This document shows, piece by piece, positions 31,291 through 43,742 of a DNA stretch of 64,000 bases. Source of the DNA: an uncultured Alphaproteobacteria bacterium (GTDB lineage Bacteria; Pseudomonadota; Alphaproteobacteria; Rhizobiales; Methyloligellaceae). Both the position numbers and the translations under genes were made by a program. The stretch is taken from the NCBI GenBank assembly GCA_963783455.1, contig CAWANV010000009.1, positions 72,750-136,749 of the forward strand. The letters run 5' to 3'. Position 1 is the stretch's first letter. Every line of letters starts with the position of its first letter. The notes beneath the pieces are model-generated. The model did no database searches. It saw nothing but the letters and a program-made list of their open reading frames with translations, and had not been told where the DNA came from.

Positions 31291-32859
31291 ATGGCAGACA
31301 AGCGGCCCTATTACATCACCACCGCCATCTCCTATCCGAACGACGCGCCCCATATCGGCCATGCCTATGAGGCCGTGGCGACCGATGCGCTGGCGCGCTT
31401 CCGGCGGTTGCAGGGCCGCGACGTCTTCTTCCTGACCGGGACCGACGAGCACGGCATCAAGATGCTGCAGACGGCGAAAGCGCAAGGCATCACGCCGTCC
31501 GAGCTTGCCGACCGCAACACCCCCAAGTTCCGCGACATGGTCGCGCGTGCTGAACTGCTCCAACGACGATTTCATCCGTACGCGGGAGGAGCGCCACGAA
31601 CTGGCCTGCCAGGAGCTGTGGCGGCGCATGCAAGACGCGGGCGACATCTATCTCGACAAATATGCCGGCTGGTACTCGGTGCGCGACGAGGCCTATTACG
31701 ACGCAAGCGAGCTGAAGGAGGCGGCCGACGGGCGCAAGCTCTCGCCGCAAGGAACGCCGGTCGAATGGGTCGAGGAGGAGAGCTATTTCTTCCGCCTGTC
31801 GGCCTATCAGGACAGGCTGCTCGCCCATTACGCAGGCGCATCCCGAGTTCATCGGGCCCGATACGCGGGCGAACGAGGTGAAGAGCTTCGTGCGCGGCGG
31901 CCTCCAGGACCTCTCGATCTCGCGCACCACCTTCGACTGGGGCATTCCCGTGCCGGGCGACCCGAAGCACATCATGTATGTGTGGGTGGACGCGCTCACC
32001 AATTATCTCACCGGCGTCGGTTTTCCCGACGAGGCGTCAGCGACGTTCAAGCGCTACTGGCCGGCCGACGTGCATATCATCGGCAAGGACATCATCCGCT
32101 TTCACGCCGTCTATTGGCCGGCCTTCCTGATGTCGGCCGGCGTCGCCCTGCCCAAGCGAGTGTTCGGCCACGGCTTTCTCTATAACCGCGGGGAGAAGAT
32201 GTCGAAGTCGGTCGGCAATGTGGTCGATCCCTTCGTGCTGGTGAAGGATTACGGCGTCGACCCGCTCCGCTACTTCCTGTTGCGCGAGGTGCCGTTCGGC
32301 CAGGACGGCAATTACAGCCGCGAGGGCATCGTGCAGCGCATCAATGCCGACCTCGCCAACGATCTCGGCAATCTCGCCCAGCGCTCGCTGTCGATGATCG
32401 CCAAGAATTGCGGGGGCCGCGTGCCCAAGCCGGGCAGAGCTCACCGAGGCCGACCGGACCATTCTCGCGGCGGCCGACGGGGCGCTTCAGCGCGGGTCGA
32501 CCGAGGCCATCGACGATTTCGCCATTCACCGCGCGCTGGAAATCATCTGGGCGCTGGTCGCCGACGCCAATCGCTATTTCGCCGGCGAGGAGCCCTGGGC
32601 GCATAAGAAGACCAACCCCGAGAGGATGGGGACGATCCTCTATGTCACGGCTGAGGTCACGCGGCAGATCGCCATTCTGGTGCAGCCGGTCATGCCGGAA
32701 AGCGCGGGCAAGCTGCTCGATCAGCTCGGCGTGCCGGACGATGCACGCAATTTCGCCGCGCTTGGGCCAAAGGGAAGGCTTAAGCCCGGGACTGAATTGC
32801 CGCCGCCCAAGCCCGTGTTCCCGCGCCATGTCGAGGCGGAGGAAACCCCTGTAGCGTGA
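31291..32859 (+). CDS. metG: Methionine--tRNA ligase (apparent frameshifts)
   Basis: [40 protein letters not shown] and KMSKS motifs. Confidence 0.95.
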
Positions 32860-33667
32860 TGATTGTCGATAGCCACTGCCATCTCGATTTTCCCGAGCTT
32901 AGGTCCGAGCTCGATGCGGTGCTCGACGCGCGCTCGGGCAGCAGGCGTCGGGCTGATGGTGACGATTTCGACACGGGTGCGCCGCTTCAACGAGCTGCAA
33001 GCCATCGTCGAGGCCCATGACAACTGTGTTCTGCTCGGTCGGCACCCATCCCCACAACGCCGCCGAGGAGCCGGACATCATGGTGGAGGAGCTGGTCGAG
33101 CTCGCGCGCCATCCCAAAGTGGTGGCGATCGGCGAGGCGGGCCTCGACTATCACTACGACCACAGCCCGCGCGACATGCAGAAGAAGAGCTTCCGCACCC
33201 ATATCGCCGCCGCGCGGGAGACCGGCCTGCCGCTCGTCATCCACGCCCGCGACGCCGACGCCGACATCGCCCGCATGCTGGAGGAGGAGACGGCGAAGGG
33301 CGCGTTCCCCTTCGTGCTGCATTGCTTCACCAGCGGTCCCGATCTTGCGCGGCGGGGGCTTGCGCTCGGCGGCTATATCTCCTTCTCCGGCGTCATCACC
33401 TTCAAGAACGCGGAGCCCTTGCGCGACATCGCGCTTGCCGTGCCGTCTGACCGTCTCCTGGTCGAGACCGACGCGCCATACCTTGCGCCCGAGCCCATGC
33501 GCGGAAAGACCAATGAGCCGGCCTTCGTGGTGCATACCGCGGCGCGCCTTGCCGCTTTGCGCGGCGTGCGTGAGACCGAGATGGCGCGCATGACCACCGA
33601 GAACTTCTTCAGGCTGTTCAAGAAGGTGCCGCGCTCGTCCCTGAAGTCGCCGCAAAGCGCCGCATGA
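32859..33667 (+). CDS. tatD: TatD family DNase (apparent frameshifts)
   Basis: [29 protein letters not shown] and VETDAPYLAP motifs. Confidence 0.93.
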
Positions 33668-34465
33668 CATTGAAGCTCACCATTCTCGGCTGCGGCACGT
33701 CGGGCGGCGTGCCGCGCGTCGGCAATCATTGGGGCGCGTGCGATCCCAAAAATCCCAAGAACCGGCGCCGGCGCTGCTCGCTGCTGGTGGAGCGCGCAGG
33801 CCCTGAGGGCGAGACCGCGGTGCTGGTCGACACCTCGCCCGATCTTCGCCAGCAATTGCTCGATTGCCGGGGCGGCCTGGCTCGACGGGGTGCTTTACAC
33901 CCACGATCACGCCGACCATTCGCACGGCATCGACGATTTGCGCATGGTGTCGTTCAACGGGCATCGCCGGGTCGACGTCTATTACGACGAGGCCACGGGC
34001 AAGCTGCTCCGCTCGCGCTTCGCCTATTGCTTCGAATCGCCGCCCGGCAGCGAGTATCCGGCGATTCTCAAAGGCCACGAGATCCGCGCCGGCGAGAAGG
34101 TCAGAATTTCAGGCGCAGGCGGCGCGATCGAGGCGCTCCCCTTCCGCCAGCTTCATGGGCAGGGCGAGACGCTCGGCTTCCGCTTCGGCGGCATCGCCTA
34201 TTCGCCGGATGTGAGCGACCTGCCGGAGGAGTCGCTGAAGGCTCTCGAAGGCCTCGATGTGTGGATCCTCGATGCGCTGCGCTACACGCCTCATCCGAGC
34301 CATCTCTCGGTCGAGCAGGCGCTCGCCTGGATTGCGCGGGTGAAGCCGAAACGCGCCGTGCTCACCCATATGCATCTCGATCTCGATTATGCGGCGCTTG
34401 CCCGCGAGCTTCCGCAAGGCGTCGAGCCCGCCTATGACGGCATGGTGCTGACCACGGAGGGGTGA
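33664..34465 (+). CDS. MBL-fold metallo-hydrolase (PhnP/YycJ-like; apparent frameshift near 33870)
   Basis: ILGCGTSGGVP, VDTSPDLRQQ, THDHADHSHG, LTHMH and PAYDG motifs. Confidence 0.9.
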
Positions 34466-34485
34466 GGATCGGATTGCGGCATTTA

Positions 34486-34610
34486 CCTCTCCCCGATGGG
34501 GAGAGGTCGCACCTTCGCCTACTTGGCGAAGGCGCGGGTGAGGGGGGCTTCGGATTTGCCCTCTTTGTTTATCCCCCTCACCCCAGCCCTCTCCCCGCAG
34601 GGGAGAGGGG
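34486..34610. repeat. Composite palindromic REP-like element (inverted pair with nested hairpins) between convergent genes
   Basis: CCTCTCCCCGATGGGGAGAGG, inner hairpin CCTTCGCC-TACTT-GGCGAAGG, GGGTGAGGGG, then inverted CCCCTCACCCC-AG-CCCTCTCCCCGCAGGGGAGAGGG; same family as 8868-8904. Confidence 0.85.
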
Positions 34611-35318
34611 GTCTGCCTCCACGATCTGGCCAGTCTCGGTCCAGTCAGGCATGGCGAGAGGGACGAAGCGCTCGGCCACCTCATCCGGCGTGGGGAGCGT
34701 CGCCTGGTCCTCGCCGGGATAGGCTTCAGCGCGCATGCGGGTCGCCGTGGCACCGGGGTCGATGAGGTTCACCTTGATGGGACTGTCGGCAGTCTCGTTG
34801 GCATAGGTCTTGGCCAGAGCTTCCAGCGCCGCCTTGGAGACGGAGTAGGGGGCCCAATAGGCGCGCGCGCTGCGCGCCACGCCCGAGGTGACGAAGATCA
34901 CGCGCCCGGCGTCCGAGCGGCGGAGCAGAGGATCGAGCGTGCGGATCAGCCGCCAATTGGCGGTGACGTTGACGGCGAAGCTGCGCTCCCAGTGCTCGGC
35001 CGGAATATGGGGCAGCGGCGAGAGGCGGCCGAGGATGGCGGCGTTGCCGACCAGAACGTCGAGCCTGCCGAAACGCTCGTAGAGAGAGGGCCCGAGAGCG
35101 TCGATGGCCTTGCCGTCGGCAAGGTCGAGCGGAATAAGCGTGGCCTTGCCGCCGCCGGCTCTGATCCGATCGTCGACCTCTTCAAGTGCCTTGCGGTTTC
35201 GTGCGAGCAGCAGCACATGCGCGCCCTCTTGCGCGAATTTCTCCGCGACGGCGCGGCCGATGCCGCGCGAGGCGCCGGTGATAAGCGCAATGCGATCCTT
35301 GAGACGCTGCGACGTCAA
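34578..35318 (-). CDS. SDR family oxidoreductase (YciK-like)
   Basis: ITGASRGIG, NAAILG, YSVSK and PGATATRMRAEAYPGED motifs; downstream of purF. Confidence 0.9.
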   Translation of the reverse strand: MTSQRLKDRIALITGASRGIGRAVAEKFAQEGAHVLLLARNRKALEEVDDRIRAGGGKATLIPLDLADGKAIDALGPSLYERFGRLDVLVGNAAILGRLSPLPHIPAEHWERSFAVNVTANWRLIRTLDPLLRRSDAGRVIFVTSGVARSARAYWAPYSVSKAALEALAKTYANETADSPIKVNLIDPGATATRMRAEAYPGEDQATLPTPDEVAERFVPLAMPDWTETGQIVEADPLSPAGRGLG

Positions 35319-36796
35319 CCGACCTCGGCGAGGAAGGAGAGCTGCTTCTGCTGCGGCGGGCCTTCGCGGTCCCTAAGCCTGGTCGGATATTCGCCGGTGA
35401 AGCAATGGTCGGTGAACTGGGGATGGGCGTTGTCGCGGCCATCATAGCCCATGGCCTGGTAGATGCCCTCGACGGAAAGGAAGGCGAGGGAGTCGGCGCC
35501 GATGAACGCCCGCATCTCTTCGAGACTGCGATGGGCGGCGAGCAGCTTGTCCTGGTCGGGCGTGTCGATGCCGTAGAAATCGGGATGGGTGATGGGCGGG
35601 CTCGAAATGCGCATATGCACCTCGCTCGCGCCCGCCTCGCGCATCATCTGCACGATCTTCACCGAGGTCGTGCCCCGCACCACGCTGTCGTCGATGAGCA
35701 CGATGCGCTTGCCCTTGACCTGGCCCTCATTGGCGCTGTGCTTCAGCTTCACGCCGAGCTGCCTGATGCGCTGCTCGGGCTCGATGAAGGTGCGGCCCAC
35801 ATAGTGGTTGCGGATGATGCCGTATTCGAAGGGCAGCCCTGAGATCTTGCGAATAGCCGATGGAGGCGGGCACGCCGGAATCGGGGATGGGGATGACGAC
35901 GTCGGCGTCGGCCGGAGCCTCGCGCGCCAATTGCCGCCCCATCTCTTTGCGCACCTCGTAGACCGAGCGGCCGCCGACGATGGAGTCTGGCCTGGCGAAA
36001 TAGATATATTCGAAGATGCAGAGCCGGGCCGGGAAATTTCGGCACGAATCTGTGGCTCTCGAGCCCCTCGCGGGTGATCACCACCACCTCGCCATTCTCC
36101 ACCTCGCGCACGAAATCGGCGCCGATGATGTCGAGGGCGCAGGTCTCCGACGCGAGCACCCATGCCTCGCCGAGCTTGCCAAGAACGAGAGGCCTGATGC
36201 CGAAGGGATCGCGCGCGCCGATCAGCTTCTTGTGGGTGAGGCCGACCAGCGCATAGGCGCCTTCGACCTGGAGCAGGGCTTCGATGAACTTCTCGACAAA
36301 GCGCTGCTTCTCGCTGCGCGCCACGAGGTGGAGGATCACCTCGGTATCGGTGGTCGACTGGCAGATGGCGCCCTTCTTGATCAGAGATTCGCGCAAGGTG
36401 AGCGCGTTGGTGAGGTTGCCGTTGTGGCCGAGCGCGAAGCCGCCAGAGTCGAGATCGACGAACAGCGGCTGCACGTTGCGCAAGACCGGGTCGCCGCAGG
36501 TGGAATAGCGGACATGGCCGATGGCCACTGTCGCCTTTCAGCCGCTCGATCACCGGCCGCGAGGTGAAGTGGTCGCCGACGAGGCCAACGCGGCGCTCGG
36601 TATGGAAGTGGCTCCCGTCGAAGCTGACGATGCCGGCCGCTTCCTGTCCCCGATGCTGGAGCGCATGCAGCCCAAGCGCGGTGAGGGCCGCCGCGTCGGG
36701 ATGGTTGAAGATGCCGAAGACGCCGCACTCCTCGTGCAGCCGGTCCTCTTCGAGCCAGCTCAAATCGGGCGTCTCGGTCAAAACCTGCTCTGTCAC
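35315..36796 (-). CDS. purF: Amidophosphoribosyltransferase (apparent frameshifts)
   Basis: [40 protein letters not shown] and DDSVVRGTT motifs. Confidence 0.96.
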   Translation of the reverse strand: MTEQVLTETPDLSWLEEDRLHEECGVFGIFNHPDAAALTALGLHALQHRGQEAAGIVSFDGSHFHTERRVGLVGDHFTSRPVIERLKGDSGHRPCPLFHLRRPGLAQRAAAVRRSRLWRLRARPQRQPHQRAHLARISDQEGRHLPVDHRYRGDPPPRGAQREAALCREVHRSPAPGRRRLCAGRPHPQEADRRARSLRHQASRSWQARRGMGARVGDLRPRHHRRRFRARGGEWRGGGDHPRGAREPQIRAEISRPGSASSNISISPGQTPSSAAARSTRCAKRWGGNWRARLRPTPTSSSPSPIPACPPPSAIRKISGLPFEYGIIRNHYVGRTFIEPEQRIRQLGVKLKHSANEGQVKGKRIVLIDDSVVRGTTSVKIVQMMREAGASEVHMRISSPPITHPDFYGIDTPDQDKLLAAHRSLEEMRAFIGADSLAFLSVEGIYQAMGYDGRDNAHPQFTDHCFTGEYPTRLRDREGPPQQKQLSFLAEVG

Positions 36797-36880
36797 GGGC
36801 CTTAGCCTCCTCCAAGTAGATAGGCGCCCCGAAGAGCGCTTCAATGGCACGCGACGCAACGTATTCCTAGAGCCTTAACC

Positions 36881-37459
36881 TCAAGATTTCTGGTCCGGCT
36901 GGGGCTCTTCGGCGGGCACCTCAGGTTGTCCCTCGGGCTGACCGCCGGGCTGCTCCTCCTCCTTCGGCCCAGGCAGAAACTGCTCCGGATTCATGGGGAG
37001 CAGCGATTCGATGGCGACTTGCGTCTGCTGGAGAATGGAATAGGAGCGCGCATTGCGGACCCACTCTGGCTGGTCGCGGGCAAGCGCGCTGAACAGAATA
37101 AAGACGATGGCGACCAGAAGGAAACCGCGCGCCAGGCCGAAGACGAAGCCCAAAGTGCGGTCGAGAGCGCCGACCTGGCTGTCGAGCACGCGGTCGGAGA
37201 TGCGGAAGGTGATCAGGCTCACCACGATCAGGGTGATGATGAAAACGCCGGCGGCGAAGGCGATCTGGGCCACGCTCGGGTTGTCGATATAGGGGTCGAG
37301 CACGCTCGCATATTTGGGCGTGAGATAAAGCGCGGCGACGGCGGCGACAGCCCAGGAGAAGATGGACAGGACCTCGCGCGTGAAGCCGCGCACCATGGCG
37401 AGAAAGCCCGAGATGAGCATGATGACGATAAGAATGACATCGAGCCAGGAGATGGGCAT
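36881..37459 (-). CDS. cvpA: CvpA family membrane protein
   Basis: RGFTREVLS and LDRTLGFVFGLARG motifs; conserved position upstream of purF. Confidence 0.92.
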   Translation of the reverse strand: MPISWLDVILIVIMLISGFLAMVRGFTREVLSIFSWAVAAVAALYLTPKYASVLDPYIDNPSVAQIAFAAGVFIITLIVVSLITFRISDRVLDSQVGALDRTLGFVFGLARGFLLVAIVFILFSALARDQPEWVRNARSYSILQQTQVAIESLLPMNPEQFLPGPKEEEQPGGQPEGQPEVPAEEPQPDQKS

Positions 37460-37582
37460 GGCACGAGGCTCCTTCGGCGGGCGGCGCGCACACTATCACG
37501 ATTCCCGGCGATGAAGCACAAATGGCCCCGCTCGCGCAATCACTGAAGCGGCGCCCGGCGCATTGTCGCAGGGCCTCCGATT

Positions 37583-38968
37583 CTACTCGATGGCCGGCGC
37601 GCCAAATAAGGCCACGAGTTCCTCCAATTGGGAGAGGGGAAGGAGCCGCATCTCCCTGGCCTCCCGGTCCCCTTCGCCTGCGGCGGCAGGCACGACGGCG
37701 CGGCTGAAGCCGAGCTTGGCCGCTTCCTTAAGCCGCTGATCCATATGGCCTACGGCCCGCACCGCGCCGGTCAGGCTCACCTCGCCGAAATAGACGGCGT
37801 CCTCGGGCGCGGGGTTGCCGCTCATCGAGGAGACGAGCGCCGCCGCAGCGGCAAGGTCGGCTGCGGGCTCATTGAGACGCAAGCCGCCGGCGACATTCAG
37901 ATAAACATCATGAGCGCCGAGCCGCACCCCGCAGCGGGCTTCGAGCACGGCGATCAGCATGGCGAGCCGATTGGGGTCCCATCCCACCACGGCGCGCCGC
38001 GGCGTGCCGAACAAGGAGGGCGCGACCAGCGCCTGGATCTCCACAAGGATCGGGCGCGTGCCTTCCATGCCGGCGAAGACAGCCGTGCCGGGCGCGCCGC
38101 GGTCGCGGTCGCTCAAGAACAGAGCCGAGGGGTTCTCCACCTCCTTCAGACCGTCCTGGCGCATCTCGAACACGCCGATCTCGTCGGTCGGTCCGAAACG
38201 GTTCTTCACCGCGCGCAAGATGCGGAACTGGTGCCCGCTCAAGCCTTCGAACGAAAGCACGGTGTCGACCATGTGCTCGATCACCTTGGGGCCGGCGATC
38301 TGGCCGTCCTTGGTGACGTGGCCGACCAGGACGAGGGTCGAGCCGCTTCCTTTGGCGTGGCTGATCAGGGCCGAGGCGCAGCCTCTGAGCTGGGAGATGG
38401 TGCCGGGCGCGGCTTCCACGGCCTCGGACCAGAGCGTCTGCACCGAGTCGATGACGATGAGCGCGGGCGGCGCTGCGCTCGCCAGCGTGGCGACGATATT
38501 GGCGAGGTTGGTTTCGGTGCCGAGCGCGACCGGGCGCCTCGCGCGAGCCCAAGACGTGCCGCCCGCATGCGCACCTGAGCCGGCGCCTCCTCGCCGGAGA
38601 GATAGACGACGCGCGCGCCGGTCTCGGCAAGCTTGGCGGCAGCCTGGAGCAGGAGCGTCGATTTGCCGATGCCGGGATCGCCGCCGACCAGCACGGCAGA
38701 GCCAGGCACGAGCCCTCCGCCGAGAACCCGGTCGAGCTCGGCAATGCCGGTCGGCAGGCGGGGGGCCTCGTGCGTGGCGGCCGCGAGCGTCTCGAAAGCG
38801 GCAGAGTCGCCCCTTGCCGCCTCTGATGGCGACGAGGGCAGGGGAGCCGGATGGCGCCGCCTCCTCGATGATGGAGTTCCACTCGCCGCAAGCGGCGCAT
38901 TTGCCGGACCAGCGGGTGGTCACCGCGCCGCAGGCTTGGCAGACGAAGGCGCGCGAAGTCTTGGCCAT
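37583..38968 (-). CDS. radA: DNA repair protein RadA/Sms (apparent frameshifts)
   Basis: Zn finger [28 protein letters not shown] and GEVSLTG motifs. Confidence 0.95.
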   Translation of the reverse strand: MAKTSRAFVCQACGAVTTRWSGKCAACGEWNSIIEEAAPSGSPALVAIRGGKGRLCRFRDARGRHARGPPPADRHCRARPGSRRRARAWLCRAGRRRSRHRQIDAPAPGCRQACRDRRARRLSLRRGGAGSGAHAGGTSWARARRPVALGTETNLANIVATLASAAPPALIVIDSVQTLWSEAVEAAPGTISQLRGCASALISHAKGSGSTLVLVGHVTKDGQIAGPKVIEHMVDTVLSFEGLSGHQFRILRAVKNRFGPTDEIGVFEMRQDGLKEVENPSALFLSDRDRGAPGTAVFAGMEGTRPILVEIQALVAPSLFGTPRRAVVGWDPNRLAMLIAVLEARCGVRLGAHDVYLNVAGGLRLNEPAADLAAAAALVSSMSGNPAPEDAVYFGEVSLTGAVRAVGHMDQRLKEAAKLGFSRAVVPAAAGEGDREAREMRLLPLSQLEELVALFGAPAIE

Positions 38969-38976
38969 GAGAGCGC

Positions 38977-40136
38977 CTAGCCGCCGATATAGCGCCGGGA
39001 GGCGCGCCGGCCGAGATTGGTGAGGACCTCGTAGTCGATGGTGCCGGCGTGATGCGGCCATGTCTTGCGCCGGGACATTCGGCCCGATCAGCTCGACCCA
39101 CGCACCGCGGCAGGAGATCTCCTCGGGCACGCCGGTCACGTCGATGGTGATCAGATCCATCGACACGCGGCCCAGGATCGGGGCGGCATGAGCGCCGAGA
39201 TAGACGACGAGACCTGTCCTCGCCATCTCTCGGTCGACAACGACCGGAAGAATCCGTCGGCATAGCCCACCGAGACGACAGCCACGCGCGAGGTCTGCTT
39301 GCAGCGTCCGTGTCGCGCCGTAGCCGACGGTCTCTCCGGGGGCGACGTTGCGCACTTGGAGGATGCGGCCCTTGAGGTGCACGACGGGCTGGAACGGATT
39401 CTCGCCCTGGCGGGAGGGCTTGCCTCCATAAAGCGCAATGCCGGGCCGCACGAGGTCGTAGGCATAAGCGCGCCCGAGCAGGATGCCGGCGGAATTGGCG
39501 AGGCTCGCAAGCGCCGCCGGCAGGCGCGCGCGAAGCCTGTCGAAAATTTTCCGCTGCGCTTCGCTCTTCGGGTGTTTCGGCTCGTCGGCGCAGGCGAGAT
39601 GGCTCATCACGAGGGAGAGCGTCATGGCCTGCCAGAGGTCGCGCGCATCCGCCACCTGATCGACCTCCGCCGCCGAAAGGCCGAGGCGGTTCATGCCGCT
39701 GTCGAGATGCACGGCACAAGGCGAGCTTCTCGCCCTGCGCCGCGCAGAAGGACGCCCACTCCCTGATCTCCTCGGCGCTGTTCAGCACGGGACGGAGATC
39801 GTGCGCGCGGTAGAGCTCGGCCGTCCCCGGCATGAGGCCGGCGAAGACGTAGATGACGGCATGGGGCAACAGCGCACGTAAGGCCTTGGCCTCGCCAAGG
39901 GTCGCCACGAAGAACGTCTTGCAGCCCGCGCGCGAGAGCGCTGGCGCGGCTTCCGCCATGCCGAGACCATAGGCATCGGCCTTGACCACGGCGGCGCATT
40001 CGGCAGGCGCGGCAAGATCGCGCAAGCGGCGATAATTGGCGGTGAGCGCATCGAGATCGATGGTGAGGATCGCGGTCTCGCGTGGCCCTGCGTCGCGCTC
40101 GCTCGAGGGGGCCTCGCGCGGGCGCGCAGGGCTCAC
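38977..40136 (-). CDS. alr: Alanine racemase (apparent frameshifts)
   Basis: AVVKADAYGLG (PLP Lys), DSGMNRLG, SHLACAD, GYADG and GRVSMD motifs; GTG start overlaps the dnaB stop. Confidence 0.95.
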
Positions 40137-41618
40137 TCGCGGCGCTCCGGCAGGCGCCCCTCGCTGGCGAGATTGCTGAACCTCGTGAACTCCGGCGTGA
40201 ATTGCAGCGTCACCGTGCCCGTGGGCCCGTGCCGCTGCTTGCCGATGATCACGTCGGCCTTGCCGGTCACCATCTCCATTCCTTGCTGCCACAGCTTGTG
40301 CTCTTCGGTGTTCTCGCGGGGTTGGCTACGCTCCAGATAATATTCCTCACGGAACACGAACAACACCACATCGGCGTCCTGCTCGATCGAGCCGGATTCG
40401 CGCAAATCCGCGAGTTGCGGGCGTTTGTCCTCCCTCTGCTCGACCTGGCGGGAGAGCTGGGAGAGGGCAAGGATGGGGACATGCAGCTCCTTGGCAAGGG
40501 CCTTCAGCCCGGTGGTGATCTCCGAGACCTCCTGCACGCGGCCCTCCGCGGCGCGCTTCGAGGAGCCGGACAGGAGCTGGAGGTAGTCGACGACGATGAA
40601 GCCGAGCCCCCTCTGGCGCTTCAGCCGCCGCGCTCGTGCCGCAAGCTGGGCGACGGTGATGCCGCCGGTCTGGTCGATGTAGAGGGGGAGATGCTGAAGC
40701 TCCTGGGACACCTCGACGATGCGGTCGAACTCGTCGGCATCGATCCTGCCGCGGCGGATGCGGTCGGACGGGATATAGGCCTGCTCGGAGATGATGCGGG
40801 TGGCGAGCTGCTCGGCCGACATCTCGAGCGAGAAGAAGCCCACCACGGCGCCGTCGAGCGCGGTCTCCGAGTCCCCGCCGGGCTTGTAAGTCTTCGCCAC
40901 GTGATAGGCGATGTTGGTGGCAAGCGCCGTCTTGCCCATGGCAGGGCGCCCGGCGATGATGATGAGGTCCGACGGCTGCAGCCCGCCCATGCGGTGGTCG
41001 AGGTCGGTGAAGCCGGTGGCAAGTCCCGACAGGCCGCCATCGCGCCGGTAGGCATTGGCGGCCATGTCGATGGCATCGGTCAGCGCGGACGAGAAGGGCT
41101 CGAAGCCCGCGCCGTATTTGCCGGTCTCGGCAAGCTCGTAAAGCTGCTGCTCGGCACCCTCGATCTGGGCCGAAGGGGGCGCGTCGATGGGCGAATCGAA
41201 GGCGGTGTTGACCATCTCCTCGCCGATCCTGAATGAGCTGGCGGCGGATGGCGAGGTCGTAGACGGTGCGGCCGTAATCCTCGGCATTGATGATGGTGGT
41301 GGCGTTGGCCGCTAAGCGCCCGAGATATTGCGGGACGGACAGCTCGCCCACCGGCGGGTCGGCCTGGAAGAACGTCTTGAGCGTGATGGGGGTGGCTCGC
41401 TTGCCGCTCAAGATGAGCTTTGCCGCCGCCTCATAAATGCGGGCGTGGAGCGCGTCGTAGAAATGACCGGGCTTCAGAAAATTCGAGACCCGGTCGATCG
41501 CCTCGTTGTTGACCAGGATGGCGCCGAGAAGGGCTTGTTCCGCCTCAAGATTATGCGGCGCCTCGCGGAAAACTGGCGTTTGCGGGCCAGGGCCGGGGAG
41601 AATCAGTGCCGTGCTCAT
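40133..41618 (-). CDS. dnaB: Replicative DNA helicase (apparent frameshift near 41230)
   Basis: PHNLEAEQALLG, GRPAMGKT, SLEMS, VDYLQL, LSQLSR, DLRESGSIEQDAD and KQRHGP motifs. Confidence 0.97.
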
Positions 41619-41707
41619 GCGCCAACACTACTCCAAACGCGAGTCGCGGATAGTCATGAGGTCTGTGGACAACGGGGACAGCGTGCTCTCGCCCACAAGG
41701 AGAGCGG

Positions 41708-42967
41708 CTAGCTCGCGGCGCGGCGTCTCCTGGCCGGGGCATGGTGAGCGTCGCGGTGACGCAGTTCCCGCTCGGCCTCATATATATAGTCGCGGGTCAG
41801 CGGCAGCGCCTTCTGGTTCTTGGCCAGTTGCAGCTGGAACACCGTCACGTTCTGGTGGCGGAACCCGACTTCGCACATGGCAAAGTAACATTCCCACATC
41901 CGGCAGAAGCGTTCGCCAAACCTTGCGACCGCTGTGGTCCAGTTGGCGCGGAAGCGTTGCCGCCAATGGCGCAAGGTCATGGCGTAATGCAGGCGCAGGA
42001 CCTCGATATCGGTGACGAGGAGGCCCTTGCGCTCGACCACGGGGAGCACTTCGCTCAAAGAGGGAGCGTAGGCGCCCGGAAAGATGTGTTTGGTGATAAA
42101 GGGGTTCATCGCGGCTGGACCGTCGAAGCGGCCGATGGAATGAAGCAAGGCCACCCCGTCCGGCTTGAGAAGCCTGCCGATCCTGTCGAAAAAGCTTCCA
42201 TAATGGCTCAAGCCCACATGCTCGAACATGCCCACCGACACGATGCGGTCGAATTGGTCTTTGAGGTCGCGATAGTCGCACAGCTCGAAGCGGACCGCCT
42301 TGGCAAGGCCCATGGCTTGCGCCCGCTCCCGTGAGATCTTCAGCTGATTCTCGCTCAAGGTGACGCCGGTTACGGTGACGTGAGCGGTCTTGGCGAGATA
42401 AAGGGCAAGTCCGCCCCAGCCCGAACCGATATCGAGCACGGTCATGCCGTCCTGAAGCTTGAGCTTGGCGGCGAGGTGACGCTTCTTGGCGGCCTGTGCC
42501 TCGTCGAGCGACATGCCGGCCTGTTCGAAATAGGCGCAGGAATATTGGCGGTCGGCGTCGAGGAAAAGATCGTAGAGACCGCGCTCAAGGTCGTAATGAT
42601 GGGCGACGTTCCGCCTCGATCGGGACCTCGGGTTGAACTGCCAAAGCCTGCGGGTCAGGAAGCGAACGCGCTCTAGGGTCCGCATCCAGCGCGACAGGGC
42701 GGGACCATCGAGATTGGAAGCGAGCAATTCCAAAAGATCGTAGATCGTGCCCTGCTCGATGATCAGGCGGCCGTCCATATAGGCCTCGCCGATCGCAAGC
42801 GTGGGGTTGAGCGCAAGGCGCCACTCCGTCCGCTTGTCGGCAATGCGCGCGGCCACGGGGGCGCCGCGATGGTCGCCGAAGCCATAATTGCGGCCATCCG
42901 CGTCGATCAGGTTGAGATGGCCTGTCGCGATGGTCTGATCGAGGATATAGCGGAGCGGGCGAAACAT
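41708..42967 (-). CDS. cfa: Cyclopropane-fatty-acyl-phospholipid synthase family methyltransferase
   Basis: NVAHHYDL, QYSCAYF, LDIGSGWGG, RIVSVGMFEHVG and HYAMTL motifs. Confidence 0.92.
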   Translation of the reverse strand: MFRPLRYILDQTIATGHLNLIDADGRNYGFGDHRGAPVAARIADKRTEWRLALNPTLAIGEAYMDGRLIIEQGTIYDLLELLASNLDGPALSRWMRTLERVRFLTRRLWQFNPRSRSRRNVAHHYDLERGLYDLFLDADRQYSCAYFEQAGMSLDEAQAAKKRHLAAKLKLQDGMTVLDIGSGWGGLALYLAKTAHVTVTGVTLSENQLKISRERAQAMGLAKAVRFELCDYRDLKDQFDRIVSVGMFEHVGLSHYGSFFDRIGRLLKPDGVALLHSIGRFDGPAAMNPFITKHIFPGAYAPSLSEVLPVVERKGLLVTDIEVLRLHYAMTLRHWRQRFRANWTTAVARFGERFCRMWECYFAMCEVGFRHQNVTVFQLQLAKNQKALPLTRDYIYEAERELRHRDAHHAPARRRRAAS

Positions 42968-43113
42968 GACATCACGCGCTGAACCGGGCCTCCACCCTAA
43001 GGTCCAGACAGACTGGATACCCTGCTATTTAAGAACTCGCGAGCGGCAAAACAACAATCTGCCGCAGGAGGTTCCTTGAGGCTTTGCCGCAAGGTCCGCT
43101 CGCGCGGCGGAGC

Positions 43114-43722
43114 TTAGGCGCCCGTCTCTTCTTCCCCTTCAGCCCCTCCGGCAAGCTCGGCCGGCGCCCCTTCCTCGAACAGCGCCGCGGCGGCGATTCG
43201 CGCGGCTTCGGCGTCCTCCTCGGCTTCGGTCTTCGCCTTGCTGATGTCCTCACCGCGCGCCTGCCGCGCCGCCTCGTCGGGCGAGCGGGCGACATTGACG
43301 ACGACGTGAGGGGCGACCTCGGCGTGCAGCGAGATGCGGACGTCATGCAGGCCGAGCGTCTTGATCGGCCGGTCGAGCATCACCTGGCGCCGCTCGATGG
43401 AAAAGCCGCCTTCGGTAACCGCCGTGGCGATATCGCGGGTGGAAACCGAGCCGTAGAGCTGGCCGGTGTCGCCCGCCTGGCGGATGACGATGAAGCTCTG
43501 TCCGTCGAGCTTGACCGACACCCCTTGCGCCTCCGATTTGAGCTCGAGATCCCGCGCCTCGAGCTGCGCCCGCTCGCGCTCGAAGCGCTTGCGATTGGCT
43601 TCGGTGGCACGAAGCGCCTTGCCTTGCGGGAGCAGAAAGTTGCGCGCGAAGCCGTCCTTGACGGTGACCACGTCGCCCATTTGTCCGAGGCGCCCAATGC
43701 GTTCGAGCAGAATGACTTGCAT
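43114..43722 (-). CDS. rplI: 50S ribosomal protein L9
   Basis: [39 protein letters not shown]; AGGAG SD. Confidence 0.97.
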   Translation of the reverse strand: MQVILLERIGRLGQMGDVVTVKDGFARNFLLPQGKALRATEANRKRFERERAQLEARDLELKSEAQGVSVKLDGQSFIVIRQAGDTGQLYGSVSTRDIATAVTEGGFSIERRQVMLDRPIKTLGLHDVRISLHAEVAPHVVVNVARSPDEAARQARGEDISKAKTEAEEDAEAARIAAAALFEEGAPAELAGGAEGEEETGA

Positions 43723-43742
43723 GTTCGACACTCCTATCCTTG

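Noticed and set aside
37583-40292. 709-aa and 794-aa ORFs appearing to fuse alr and radA
   Set aside because: Frameshift artefacts; a separate alr stop (38977) and radA ATG (38968) are present.
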